DNA of 64,000 bases from Gemmatimonadaceae bacterium (GCA_051859245.1 JBHYGA010000010.1:22798-86797), one strand, 5' to 3'. Positions 1-9,785 are shown, counted from the first letter of the stretch. The notes: generated from the sequence alone by a model not told the origin. Numbers and translations: made by a program.

Positions 1-473
1 TCGGCGGCTTCGTCGTGAATGGTGACGAGTTCGAGCACGGTCAGCTTGCGCACCATTGACGGCAACTTGAGAAACGCCGTTTCTCCGACCGCTTTGCCAG
101 ACAGTGCAAGACCGATCGGTGAACCCATCGTCACGTGCCCCTCTTCAAAGTCGGCGGAATCACCGAACACGAGGTGATACGTCTCGCGGCTCTTGGTCGC
201 CTGGTCTTCCACTACAACTTTTGAGCCGAGTCCCACACGGTCACTCGGGATCTGATCCATTTCGATCTGACCGAGCTTGCTCAGGCGCATGTTGAGCTGT
301 CCGAGACGCGCCTGCACGAACTGCTGACGTTCGAGCGCAGCCTTGTACTCGGAGTTCTCCTTCAAGTCACCCATCTCCACGGCGCGACGGATTTCCGCCG
401 GGAGGACGATGTGGAGTTCGTGCGTGAGTTTTTCTACTTCACCACGAAGCTTGGCCTTGAGTTCTTCGAGCAT
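1..473 (-). CDS. greA: Transcription elongation factor GreA/GreB family (3' end runs off the window)
   Basis: Not in the ORF track. Manual translation from ATG at 473 gives MLEELKAKLRGEVEKLTHEL...EMGDLKENSEYKAALERQ...VGLGSKV...SPIGLALSGKAVGE, with the GDLxENxEY and SPIGxAL Gre motifs. Confidence 0.93.
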   Translation of the reverse strand, partial: MLEELKAKLRGEVEKLTHELHIVLPAEIRRAVEMGDLKENSEYKAALERQQFVQARLGQLNMRLSKLGQIEMDQIPSDRVGLGSKVVVEDQATKSRETYHLVFGDSADFEEGHVTMGSPIGLALSGKAVGETAFLKLPSMVRKLTVLELVTIHDEAA

Positions 474-533
474 GGCGGGCACCGGAGATAGTCACGAGCC
501 CCGCCTCATCGCACAATGCGGTGAAGCCGGGGC

Positions 534-577
534 AAATAGAAAATGAGCGCCCGGGCCGTTGGGGCCGGGCGCGTCTC
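534..577 (-). terminator. Intrinsic-terminator-like hairpin upstream of greA
   Basis: Perfect 8-bp stem GCGCCCGG/CCGGGCGC (547-554 and 565-572), followed on the minus strand by TCATTTTCTATTT. Confidence 0.6.
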
Positions 578-661
578 TGTTCATGAAATCTAGCCCACGG
601 TACGCGGGACTCAAGGGTTACGCGCGCGTCGGACCTCTCGCGAACGGCCTGGGCACCGCTG

Positions 662-2143
662 CTACGGCGCGCCACGAATGGGCGTGTTCTGTTCGAAATC
701 GTACATCGTGAGTCTGCGTAAGCGGTAATACGCCACCCAGTAACCACGCAGCGCCTGCAGATACGCCTGCAACGCACCGTCCTTCTCTGTTTGTGCCTGA
801 TAGAGATTATCAATACCGATGCGACCAATCACATATCGATTCTTGGCCACATCAAATCGCTTGGCACCAACGGTGTCCGCTTTGGCGGCGACTTGCAGCA
901 CCCGTTCAGCCAGTGCCAGCTGCAGCGCCGCAAAATGTGCATCTTGCACCGTTTGCTCACGCGTCTGTCGGTTGGAAAACTCCTGACGCGACAGATCCGC
1001 TTTGGCGGCTTCGATCTGTCCACCGCGGGCGCCCCACTGCAACACGGGAATCTGCACACCCACCGCAAATCGCTGTGCCTGACGCAGGTCCTGATACACA
1101 GCGCCCGCCTCCGCGCCCGTCTGGTTAAAACCAACCGACGCCTGCACACTCGCGCCGGGCCCGGTACCAAATCGTGATTCCGAGACGCGGCGTTCCGCCT
1201 GCACTTCGCTCAGTTCAAGCTCTTGCAACGCGGCGCGATTCTTGAGTGCTTCGCGAACGGCCGTCGCAGTGTCGGCCACAACACGAGGGATGTCTGTGGG
1301 CACCGTCAGCCGAACCGGCGCACCCACAGGCAAATCAAGCGCCAGTCGAAGCGCCGCCAGTGTACGGTCATGCTCCAATCGCGCGGCATCGACAGCGTTC
1401 CGCGCACGCAGCAACGCCAGCTCGCTCTGCAAAAGGTCATTCTCGCCAATGCGACCGACTTCAAAACGTCCTTCGTTCAACGTGTAGAGGCTGTCGTTGA
1501 CAGCCACGTTTGTTTCTGCGTTCTCGAGGCCCACCCGAGCGTTGTAGTGATCGAAAAACGCATTGGTAGTGGCAATGGCGATTTCTTCGAGTGCTTCGGC
1601 GTAGGTTCGTTCCGAAATATCGTAGCGCAGATCCTGCTCGCGATTGTCCCAGCGCTGACGATTCGGACGAAAGAGATCCTGACGAATGCCCACCAGCAGC
1701 GGCGTTGACTGCCACGTGCGAATCTCCCGGTCGCCCGAGACATCGAGACGTGATAACGAGGAGTTCACGAACAGATCACCACCCGTGATGGGCAGCCGCT
1801 GGGTAACCTGCGCGGTGAGCGCGGCTTCATTCTGCTGCTGTGGCCGAAACACCGTGGACCCGTCGGGTTGCAGCACGGGAATGATCGACCGGTTGTACAC
1901 CGGAAGGTTTCCGTTGAGCGAGAGCTGTGGCAACAGCGCGCCGGCGAAGGCGCGGTCTCGCTGACGAGCGGCGTTGCGCTGTGCCACGGCGGCTTTAGCC
2001 TGCAGTCCCTGTCGCTGCGCGCGCTCTACCGCATCGCGCAGTGTGAACTCCATGGCTTGCTGCGCGTGCAACGGCGCGTGATGAACAGGCGCAAACAGAA
2101 TGAGCGCGCCCAGTGCGAGCGCCGAGATCGAGATGTGCTTCAT
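662..2143 (-). CDS. TolC-family outer membrane efflux protein
   Basis: Signal peptide MKHISISALALGAL...AQQ, TLRDAVERA, LLPQLSL and coiled-coil repeats. The ATG overlaps the permease stop (ATGA). Confidence 0.9.
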   Translation of the reverse strand: MKHISISALALGALILFAPVHHAPLHAQQAMEFTLRDAVERAQRQGLQAKAAVAQRNAARQRDRAFAGALLPQLSLNGNLPVYNRSIIPVLQPDGSTVFRPQQQNEAALTAQVTQRLPITGGDLFVNSSLSRLDVSGDREIRTWQSTPLLVGIRQDLFRPNRQRWDNREQDLRYDISERTYAEALEEIAIATTNAFFDHYNARVGLENAETNVAVNDSLYTLNEGRFEVGRIGENDLLQSELALLRARNAVDAARLEHDRTLAALRLALDLPVGAPVRLTVPTDIPRVVADTATAVREALKNRAALQELELSEVQAERRVSESRFGTGPGASVQASVGFNQTGAEAGAVYQDLRQAQRFAVGVQIPVLQWGARGGQIEAAKADLSRQEFSNRQTREQTVQDAHFAALQLALAERVLQVAAKADTVGAKRFDVAKNRYVIGRIGIDNLYQAQTEKDGALQAYLQALRGYWVAYYRLRRLTMYDFEQNTPIRGAP

Positions 2144-3537
2144 TCGTAGCGAAGGCAGACGACGGGATCCTGACGCGCAGCGCGCCACGCCGGCACGATG
2201 CCGAACACAAGACCAACGGTGAGGGATACGCCAAACGCCACAATGATCGAAAGCGGAGCGACCAGCGTGCGAATACCAGCAAACTGTTCAATCGCAGCAC
2301 TGATTCCCGCGCCAACAAGAATGCCGGCCGTGCCGCCAACGACTGAGATAAGCACTGCCTCAACCAGGAATTGCGCCAGAATGTTCTCCTGCGTCGCGCC
2401 CATCGCTCGCCGCACGCCAATCTCCCGAATGCGCTCAAGAATAGACGCGAGCATGATGTTCATGATGCCAATACCACCAACGATCAGTGAAATCGAGGCA
2501 ATCGCGCCGAGCACCACGTTGAAGATTGTTTTGGTGCGCTGCTCCTGCTTGAGCAGCAGCTCCGGCACCGTGATCTGGTAGTCCACAACCGCGTTGTGCC
2601 GGCGGGCCAGCAGACGACGCATCACATCAGCAACCTGCGGTACGGCCGATGCCTCACTCACGCGCACAATGATGCGATCCAGCTGGTGCGGGTTGGTACG
2701 CTCCGTACGTGTTTCTTCAGACTCTTCTTCGCCACCCACCACCACCATGCCCTCCGCCTGCGCAGCGGTTTCTACGCCTTGCACCGTGAGTCGCGCACGA
2801 TCGCGAATACGCAGTAGCATGGTGCGTACCGGCACATACACATCCATCGACGCATCGCGAATACCCAGCTTGTCGGCGTTTTCACCAATCGTTTGCCGAT
2901 CGGCGAGCACCCCGACCACGGTGAACCAGTGCTCTCCCACTTTGATACGTCGGCCAATTGGCTCTTCCGTGGTAAAGAACCGATTGCGCACACCGTGTCC
3001 GATAATCGCCACGGGTCGTTCGCCCGTTGCTTGCGCCGCCGAAAACAAGGTGCCCTGCGCAATCTCAAGATTGAGCAACCGGAAGTAACTCGTGTCCACA
3101 CCCACAACACGCCCCGAGCGCCGCACACCCTCGCGCGTGATGGTGGTGTTCACCACGATCTCACCCGACACCGCGTCGAGCTGCGGAATGACACGCCGAA
3201 TTGCCTCCACATCGCCCACGCTCAAACCGGGTGAGTACTTTTTCGGCTGTTTGCTTTCTGATTCGCTTTCCGCTTTTCCTTCTTCCTGCTCCACGTACGG
3301 CGTTACGATCACATTGTTCGTGCCGAGCAACCGCATCTGCTCAAGAATCTCCTGCTCGGCGCCTTTGCCAATGGCGAGCATGGCAATCACCGAGGCAACG
3401 CCAAAAAGAATTCCGAGCGAGGTGAGTCCGGCCCGCAGACGATTGTGGGTGACCGCCTCAAGCGCCGTGCGGAGCGCAAAGAGCCCCTGCGTTGTGATGC
3501 GCGCGTACGCGGCGCGCGCTCGCTCAAGGCGTGTCAC
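2140..3537 (-). CDS. MacB/FtsX-type ABC transporter permease (no fused NBD)
   Basis: RAGLTSLGILFGVASVIAM, GGIGIMNIMLASILERIREIGVRRAMGA and PAWRAARQDPV motifs. Confidence 0.92.
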   Translation of the reverse strand: MTRLERARAAYARITTQGLFALRTALEAVTHNRLRAGLTSLGILFGVASVIAMLAIGKGAEQEILEQMRLLGTNNVIVTPYVEQEEGKAESESESKQPKKYSPGLSVGDVEAIRRVIPQLDAVSGEIVVNTTITREGVRRSGRVVGVDTSYFRLLNLEIAQGTLFSAAQATGERPVAIIGHGVRNRFFTTEEPIGRRIKVGEHWFTVVGVLADRQTIGENADKLGIRDASMDVYVPVRTMLLRIRDRARLTVQGVETAAQAEGMVVVGGEEESEETRTERTNPHQLDRIIVRVSEASAVPQVADVMRRLLARRHNAVVDYQITVPELLLKQEQRTKTIFNVVLGAIASISLIVGGIGIMNIMLASILERIREIGVRRAMGATQENILAQFLVEAVLISVVGGTAGILVGAGISAAIEQFAGIRTLVAPLSIIVAFGVSLTVGLVFGIVPAWRAARQDPVVCLRYE

Positions 3538-4786
3538 CGGCGAGTCGGCTGGTGTTCACCTTGCTGGCATCAGTCGGCGGTACCAGGAGCACCTCTTCGC
3601 CTTCGGCTAACCCGGCGGACACAACAACGTGCGTATCGTTCATTGCACCGGTCGTGATCTCCTGTTTGACCAAGCGTCCGCTGCGACGCACGAACACAAA
3701 CGGAATGTTCTCCTCGCTCGTGACGGCTTCCAGCGGCACCGACAGCACGTCGGTCAGTCTCGCGGTTTCGATCAGGTTGCCGGTGGTCATGCCCGGGCGC
3801 AGCGTGGTATCCGGCGCCGTGACCGTGACTTTCACTTCAAACACTTTTGCGTCGGAGTTCGGACGCTGTTCGCCAACATTGGCGACGGCCGTCACGGTGC
3901 CTTCGAGCAGTTTGTTGGGGTCGGAGTCGAGCGTGATTCTCACCGGCTGACCCACCAGCACCTTTCGCACATCGATCTCGTTGATGTACGTCATGGATTC
4001 CATTTTGGTGAGATCGGGTAGTGTGGCTACCGCCGGCTCCCACGGATTCACCTGCGCGCCGGCGCCCTTCTTTCGGCCGTTCCATTCGCGCACGTAGATC
4101 ACCATACCGGACGACGGAGCGCGGACTGTGAATCCCTCCATCACTTCCATGACTACGCGCTGCAGACTCTTCTGCCGTTCCAGGTCGGCGCCCACTTCAC
4201 GCATCTTCGCTTGCGCCTGTTCGGTGCGTGTCACGAGATCGATCTTTCCCTGTGCAAGCGCGCGTTCGGCGCGCTCAAAATCAATGGCCGCCTGCCGCTG
4301 TACACTTGGCGCTTCGAACTTGGCCTGATCACGCGCAATGCGCTTTTCCTCAAGCGCCAGCTCCATTCCGCGCAAGTCTTCACGCGCTTTGGAAAGGTTC
4401 AGCGTGGAATCGAGCATCGCCTGCTCGTACAGCGCCTCTGACTTCTGCACGTTCAGCGCAGTCTCTTGCATCTTGCTCGCCAAAGTTGATCGATCAAGCT
4501 CGGCCACTACGTCGCCTTCTTTCACGAGCGTACCCTCGGGCACGATCGTCGCGATTTTCATTTGAAACGCACCCGCTTGCTGTGCGTTGGCCGGTCCCTG
4601 GATCTGCACGAACGACGACGAGCGCAGCTCGCCAGCCGATGAGACCGGCACGATGAAATCACCTTTCGTGACAACAGCGGTCAATGACGCATCGTCTTTC
4701 GGCGAATCGGCCAGCAGCCACGCGGCAGAGGCGACGACGAGCACGGCGAGGGCACCGATGAATCGGCGCGAGCGGAGCAGTTGCAT
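3524..4786 (-). CDS. Efflux periplasmic adaptor (HlyD/MacA family)
   Basis: N-terminal TM anchor, lipoyl-like VPEGTLVKEGDVVAELD, coiled coil, VRAPSSGMV and LRPGMT. Confidence 0.92.
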   Translation of the reverse strand: MQLLRSRRFIGALAVLVVASAAWLLADSPKDDASLTAVVTKGDFIVPVSSAGELRSSSFVQIQGPANAQQAGAFQMKIATIVPEGTLVKEGDVVAELDRSTLASKMQETALNVQKSEALYEQAMLDSTLNLSKAREDLRGMELALEEKRIARDQAKFEAPSVQRQAAIDFERAERALAQGKIDLVTRTEQAQAKMREVGADLERQKSLQRVVMEVMEGFTVRAPSSGMVIYVREWNGRKKGAGAQVNPWEPAVATLPDLTKMESMTYINEIDVRKVLVGQPVRITLDSDPNKLLEGTVTAVANVGEQRPNSDAKVFEVKVTVTAPDTTLRPGMTTGNLIETARLTDVLSVPLEAVTSEENIPFVFVRRSGRLVKQEITTGAMNDTHVVVSAGLAEGEEVLLVPPTDASKVNTSRLAGDTP

Positions 4787-5102
4787 GAGTCAAACCGCTG
4801 CAAGGTGGGATGAAACGTGCGCACGCGCGGACGTTCCGACACATCTGACACCACAAACGCGCCGAAGAGTTGTTTCGGCAATACCAGAAGCGCGACGTTT
4901 AACCGAATCGTAATTGAAGGAAGGCGAGCTCATCCATAACAGCAATCGCAACGCCAGGAGCGTCACGTACTATTCCGCGCAGGCAACACCTCGCCGTATC
5001 TCGGCAGCTAACCCGGTGGCGAACCGAATCGTCACATTTGGTGTTTGACGTGCGCTAACATTGGTTATCGCATAACTGCTTGCAGGAAATGTCAGCGCTT
5101 TG

Positions 5103-5675
5103 GTGAACACGTATCTCAACGCCATCGACGCCACGCGAACGGAGATGCTTCGTACGGTCGCAGCACTCGATCCGGAGGAGCAGGTGTGGCGCGCCACAGA
5201 CAGTACGTGGTCCGCGGTCGAGATCATTGAACATCTGGTGCTGGCGGAACAGGTCGTGCTCGGCGATGTACGAACGGCATCTACACGTGTCCCACACACC
5301 GCGATCGCACGCGATCGCGTGCGCGCCTTGATCGTGTGGGCCGTGCTTCGCTTTGGTGTGCGCGTATCCGTACCGTCCGAATCCATGCGCCCAAGCGGCG
5401 CCGTATCCTTCAGCGAGCTGCGTGCGCAGTGGATCGAGCAGCATCAGATGCTTCGCGCGTTCGCGGAGTCACTGGATGCGCGCGGACGTCGCAAACGCGT
5501 CTTTCGGCACCCCATTGCTGGCCCGCTCAATGTGCTGCAGGCGTTGCAGCTGCTTGACGCACACCTGCGTACGCATCAACGTCAGCTGGCTCGCGTGCTG
5601 GATGCACTTCGCCGCGCCGCACGACACACTCCCCAGCCTTCCGAGACCACCGATGCACCAACACCACAGCATTGA
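5103..5675 (+). CDS. DinB family protein
   Basis: WSAVEIIEHL, FRHPIAGPL and AHLRTHQRQL His triad. Start uncertain. Confidence 0.8.
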   Translation: MNTYLNAIDATRTEMLRTVAALDPEEQVWRATDSTWSAVEIIEHLVLAEQVVLGDVRTASTRVPHTAIARDRVRALIVWAVLRFGVRVSVPSESMRPSGAVSFSELRAQWIEQHQMLRAFAESLDARGRRKRVFRHPIAGPLNVLQALQLLDAHLRTHQRQLARVLDALRRAARHTPQPSETTDAPTPQH

Positions 5676-6000
5676 CTACATCGAGTTCGCCGTCTCCGAC
5701 CTCGAAGCCGCCAAGCACTTCTACTCGACTGCGTTCGGTTGGCGCTTCACCGACTACGGGCCGGACTACGCCGGTATTCAGGGCGCGGATCGCGAAGCGG
5801 GCGGCATGTATCGCACCTCCGAACTACGCACCACGGGACCGCTCGTGATTCTCTATTCAGAAAACCTCGCGCAAAGCCTGGCGGCCGTTGAGTCCGCTGG
5901 TGGCAGGATACTCGTTGCACCGTTCGAGTTTCCCGGCGGACGCCGCTTTCATTTTGCCGACCCGAGTGGGAATGAGTTGGCGGTGTGGTCGGAAAAGTGA
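5653..6000 (+). CDS. VOC/glyoxalase family protein
   Basis: MHQHHSIDYIEF...FYSTAFGW...GGRRFHFADPSGNELAVW. Confidence 0.9.
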   Translation: MHQHHSIDYIEFAVSDLEAAKHFYSTAFGWRFTDYGPDYAGIQGADREAGGMYRTSELRTTGPLVILYSENLAQSLAAVESAGGRILVAPFEFPGGRRFHFADPSGNELAVWSEK

Positions 6001-6007
6001 CACCATC

Positions 6008-6463
6008 GTGAGACTTGCTTTCGCACACACAATTCGATTGTTCGCCGCTATGTCGTTCGCGTCGGCGTGCGCCTCATCACCGCCGTCAGTGAATCGTCTC
6101 GCCGCGCTACCAGACGGCGTCATGCGCGGGACGTTCACCGACGACTATGGCAACACGTACAGCATTTCTGACACGCTGTTCACGCAGCAGCCGCACGGCA
6201 AGTTCGAAATAATGGAGTGGCACACGCAGGCGCAGTTCGTGGTCGCGCGCAATGCAGCGACCAACACCAGTGATCCCGGATTGTGGACGCGGATTGACTG
6301 GATGTTGCTTCCCAACATGTCGCCATACACATGGGCCTTCTGCTTTACCGCGTACCGCGCGCCCACACGCGACGCCGCGCGGAACACACCGGCCGCTGAT
6401 CGCAACAATCCGCGCACGGGCTGCAACGGCTATCCCTTCTCGCGCATGAAGCCCGCGTCGTGA
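6008..6463 (+). CDS. Hypothetical lipoprotein
   Basis: Lipobox-like FASAC followed by GTFTDDYG, WTRIDW, CFTAY and GCNGYPFSRM. Confidence 0.7.
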   Translation: MRLAFAHTIRLFAAMSFASACASSPPSVNRLAALPDGVMRGTFTDDYGNTYSISDTLFTQQPHGKFEIMEWHTQAQFVVARNAATNTSDPGLWTRIDWMLLPNMSPYTWAFCFTAYRAPTRDAARNTPAADRNNPRTGCNGYPFSRMKPAS

Positions 6464-6479
6464 GGGCCGTCGTGTTCCG

Positions 6480-6929
6480 CTACGCCGTGCGATACTCCGC
6501 GCGATTGCGACTCTCCCAGGCGCGAATGTCGTCGAGGACCGAGGAGTCGCTCCCCGAGTAACGACGACGTGATTCAAGCGGTGACGCATCAGCCGCAATC
6601 GCTTGCTGAATCACGTCGACGGGGATGCGCCAGTGCTGCCAGCGCGAGAAGTACACCTCGCTGCCTTTCCATCCGCTCGCACTGCCAGACTTGAACTCAT
6701 CGAGCAGCGGCTGGTTGCCAACCGCGGACTTTCCGAACAGTGGCACGGCGGTGCACAGCCCGGCCGCCGCATCGGCATGCAGAACCAGAAAATCCTGCGC
6801 ACCAGTGACCGCGCGGTCACCGTGCGGGCCGTTTTCCGCGTTGGTCAGGCAGTCGCCCCGCACACGAAGCAGCGCCGTATCGAGGCGAACCACAGATCCT
6901 GAGAGTGACGGTGTAGACGATGTCGACAT
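6480..6929 (-). CDS. Hypothetical protein
   Basis: 149-aa ORF that fills the gap between genes, with globular composition. Confidence 0.65.
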   Translation of the reverse strand: MSTSSTPSLSGSVVRLDTALLRVRGDCLTNAENGPHGDRAVTGAQDFLVLHADAAAGLCTAVPLFGKSAVGNQPLLDEFKSGSASGWKGSEVYFSRWQHWRIPVDVIQQAIAADASPLESRRRYSGSDSSVLDDIRAWESRNRAEYRTA

Positions 6930-7005
6930 GTGTTATACAGAGAGGTGATGTGCCCAGGATACGTCCGGCTCGGCACCAGCTGCCGGAACGCGTTATCTTT
7001 CACGG

Positions 7006-7275
7006 ATGACTGAAAGCAAGTTATACACGCTGATCGGCGCCGACGGCGGCCGCTACTCCACGCCAACGAAGGGCACCCTTGGCGGCTATCGCAAAGAGCG
7101 CCGCTACGGCCGCCTGGACTGCAAACTGGCCCGCCGCGCGCTTGAGAACGGCGGCCTCTACGCGCAGCAACGCGTGTTCTTTGCCGATGAAGCCACCGCA
7201 ATCGCCGCCGGCTACCACCCGTGTGCGGTCTGCATGCCCGAGGAGCACAAAGCGTACAAGAACGGGAAGCGCTGA
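7006..7275 (+). CDS. Stand-alone Ada-type Zn-binding domain protein
   Basis: YGRLDC...RVFFADEATAIAAGYHPCAVCMP matches the Ada N-terminal metal-binding pattern. Confidence 0.85.
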   Translation: MTESKLYTLIGADGGRYSTPTKGTLGGYRKERRYGRLDCKLARRALENGGLYAQQRVFFADEATAIAAGYHPCAVCMPEEHKAYKNGKR

Positions 7276-7366
7276 CGCCCTCTTACAGGGTGGCGGAACG
7301 GATCGTATTGTTTGTGTCCGGCTATTTCGGTTCACTCCCCCGTTTCACCGCCTCCCGGAGTTACTT

Positions 7367-7933
7367 ATGCGTCCGATGACGAGCGCTCGTGTGTGGCTGT
7401 TTGCTAGTGCGCTGCTCGCAACGACTGTAGTCCCGCCACGCGCCGTGCGCGCCCAGTCGCTCATGAACGACATGCACGCCGAAGTCAGCGCTGTGCAGAA
7501 AAAGATCATCGATCTGGCGAACGCGATGCCGGAATCCAGCTACGCGTGGCGTCCGACCACCGGCGTGCGTTCTACCGGCGAAGTGTTCAAGCATGTTGCC
7601 GCCGATAACTATCTGATTCCGATCGCCATGGGCGCACCCGCACCCGCGTCGAGCGGAATATCGGCCACCGATATGTCGACGGTGCAAAAGTATGAAACAC
7701 GCACTGCAACCCGCGCCGAGATTATTGCGGAACTTGAAGCGTCCTTTCGACATCTGCATGGCGCGATGCGATTGACCACCGATACCAACCTCGGTGAAGG
7801 CATCAAGTTTTTCGGTCAGGACATGACGCGTCAGAAAGTCATGATTGTCACGCTGTCGCACCTGCACGAACATCTGGGCCAGCTGATCGCGTATGCGCGG
7901 AGCAACAAAGTGGTCCCGCCGTGGAGCAAGTAG
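7367..7933 (+). CDS. Exported DinB family protein
   Basis: Signal peptide, AMPESSYAWRPTTGVRSTGEVFKHVA and HLHEHLGQLIAYARSNKVVPPWS. Confidence 0.88.
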   Translation: MRPMTSARVWLFASALLATTVVPPRAVRAQSLMNDMHAEVSAVQKKIIDLANAMPESSYAWRPTTGVRSTGEVFKHVAADNYLIPIAMGAPAPASSGISATDMSTVQKYETRTATRAEIIAELEASFRHLHGAMRLTTDTNLGEGIKFFGQDMTRQKVMIVTLSHLHEHLGQLIAYARSNKVVPPWSK

Positions 7934-7956
7934 CACCGCGCGCGTGGCGGCCTGCC

Positions 7957-8481
7957 ATGTGGCGGGCGACATGGACGCTGAGTCTGGCATGTCTGTCAGC
8001 GAGTGCATGCAAACCCACGTCGCAACCGCCCGCGGCACAGGCGGCATCGTCGCAGGAACTGTCGTCCACTGCTGATGCCGTTGCATATCTGAACTCCGAG
8101 GCCGCGCCGCCCGGTCTGCCATTTTCCGAGGCGGTGCGCGTTGGAGACCTCCTCTTGTTGTCCGGGCAGATCGGCACACGCAACGGCGAAATGGCCGTGG
8201 TGCCCGGCGGGCTGGAGCCGGAAGCGCGGCAAACCATGGACAACATTCGTGGCGTACTCGAACGCAACGGCCTCGGCATGCAACACGTGATCAAGTGCAC
8301 AGTGATGCTCGCCGACATGGCAGAATGGCCAGCGTTTAACGCCATTTATCGCGAGTACTTCACGGCGCCGTATCCGGCGCGCAGTGCGCTCGGTGCCAAC
8401 GGGCTCGCACTCGGCGCGCGTGTGGAGGTGGAGTGCATGGCGTCTTCGCGAACTCCCGGCCGCGCTGCCGTCGCGCCATAA
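7957..8481 (+). CDS. RidA/YjgF family protein with lipoprotein-like signal
   Basis: PFSEAVRVGDLLLLSGQIG, FNAIYREYF, PARSA and VEVEC; N-terminal LSASAC. Confidence 0.9.
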   Translation: MWRATWTLSLACLSASACKPTSQPPAAQAASSQELSSTADAVAYLNSEAAPPGLPFSEAVRVGDLLLLSGQIGTRNGEMAVVPGGLEPEARQTMDNIRGVLERNGLGMQHVIKCTVMLADMAEWPAFNAIYREYFTAPYPARSALGANGLALGARVEVECMASSRTPGRAAVAP

Positions 8482-8522
8482 ACACGCATAGCGACGCACG
8501 CACATCCATTGGACGGTCCCTG

Positions 8523-8975
8523 ATGTACGAAAAGACGCTCTATGCGGGTTGGGCCGATATGGACTTCAACTCGCACATGAAGAACACGGCGTATCTGGAC
8601 AAGAGCGCCGACGTGCGACAGATGTTTCTCGCCGAGCATGGCTTCCCGATCGAAGAGTTCTTGCGCCTGCGCATTGGTCCGGTGGTGATGAAGGACGAGG
8701 TGGAGTATTTCAAGGAAGTCGGCTTGCAGCAACTGATACGGGTGACGTACGCCATGGCCGGTCACGCCGAGGACGGCAGCCGGTTTCTGCTGCGCCATGA
8801 AATATTCCGCCCGGACGGAAAACTCAGCGCCCGGGTGACAAGCTCCGGCGGATGGCTGGATTTGTCGGCCAGACGGTTGATCGCGCCGCCGCCACCGCTG
8901 CTTGCGGCCATGAACGCGCTGGAGCGAACCAGCGATTTTGTGGTGCTGCCCTCGAGCGTCCGAATCCGTCCCTGA
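8523..8975 (+). CDS. Acyl-CoA thioesterase (4HBT/YbgC hotdog family)
   Basis: WADMDFNSHMKNTAYLD motif. Confidence 0.88.
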   Translation: MYEKTLYAGWADMDFNSHMKNTAYLDKSADVRQMFLAEHGFPIEEFLRLRIGPVVMKDEVEYFKEVGLQQLIRVTYAMAGHAEDGSRFLLRHEIFRPDGKLSARVTSSGGWLDLSARRLIAPPPPLLAAMNALERTSDFVVLPSSVRIRP

Positions 8976-9016
8976 GCAGTCGCCGGCGCGGCCCTTGCCC
9001 GCCGTGACCTTTCGGC

Positions 9017-9146
9017 AGTACTTTGCGTCATAAAGTACTTGCCACTCTCGGCGAGTGACTGTCCGCCCGAAACTCCGGTTCACTGAGCACGTATGCTTAC
9101 TTTATCGCACAAAGTTCTTGATATTGAACCCCGGGGCCCCGATACT
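9017..9146 (+). promoter_or_regulatory. Paired ACTTT-N7-AAAGT operators and sigma70-like promoter
   Basis: AGTACTTT-GCGTCAT-AAAGTACT (9017-9039), TACTTT-ATCGCAC-AAAGTT (9098-9116) and TTGATA-N17-GATACT (9118-9146), which ends 6 nt before ATG 9153. Confidence 0.65.
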
Positions 9147-9152
9147 CGCCGT

Positions 9153-9785
9153 ATGACCGCTCCCAAACCCGAACCACCGGCGCTGCACGATCGCGCGATG
9201 AAGGACCTGTCGTTCATTCGGCGCACCATGGAAGGCGCTGCCTCGTTCACTGACGTGCCGGGATGGGGACTCGTCGCACTTGGCGCGATGGCTGTGGTCG
9301 CCGCGCTCGTCGCGTCCAGACAGACTACACCCGAGCGCTGGCTGGCCGTCTGGACGATTACGGCGGCAGTTGGCGCCATCATCGGCAGCGCCGCCATGCT
9401 GCACAAAATGCGGCGGCGCGTTGGTCGCGAAAGCGCCCGCGCACTGAGTGTACCCGCCCGAAAATTTCTCTTCAGTCTGTGGCCGGCAATTCTCACGGGC
9501 GCCGTGCTCACTCTCGCGCTCATTGATCCGTTCACGCCAGGCCTCGACTCGCGACTTGTCGCCCGCGTGATTCCGGGCGTGTGGCTGCTGCTGTATGGCA
9601 TGGGCGTCACGACCGCCGGCGCATTCTCCATTCGCGCCGTGCCGCTGATGGGCTTCGGCTTTATCGCACTGGGTGTCCTCGCACTCTTTCTTCCGTTCGC
9701 CAACGGCAACGTCATGATGGCGCTTGGATTTGGCGGACTGCAAACTGCATTTGGCGTGCACATCGCACGGAGGCACGGTGGCTAA
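9153..9785 (+). CDS. Multi-pass membrane protein of unknown function
   Basis: LHDRAMKDLSFIRRTME N-terminal helix followed by about 6 hydrophobic segments. Confidence 0.85.
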   Translation: MTAPKPEPPALHDRAMKDLSFIRRTMEGAASFTDVPGWGLVALGAMAVVAALVASRQTTPERWLAVWTITAAVGAIIGSAAMLHKMRRRVGRESARALSVPARKFLFSLWPAILTGAVLTLALIDPFTPGLDSRLVARVIPGVWLLLYGMGVTTAGAFSIRAVPLMGFGFIALGVLALFLPFANGNVMMALGFGGLQTAFGVHIARRHGG

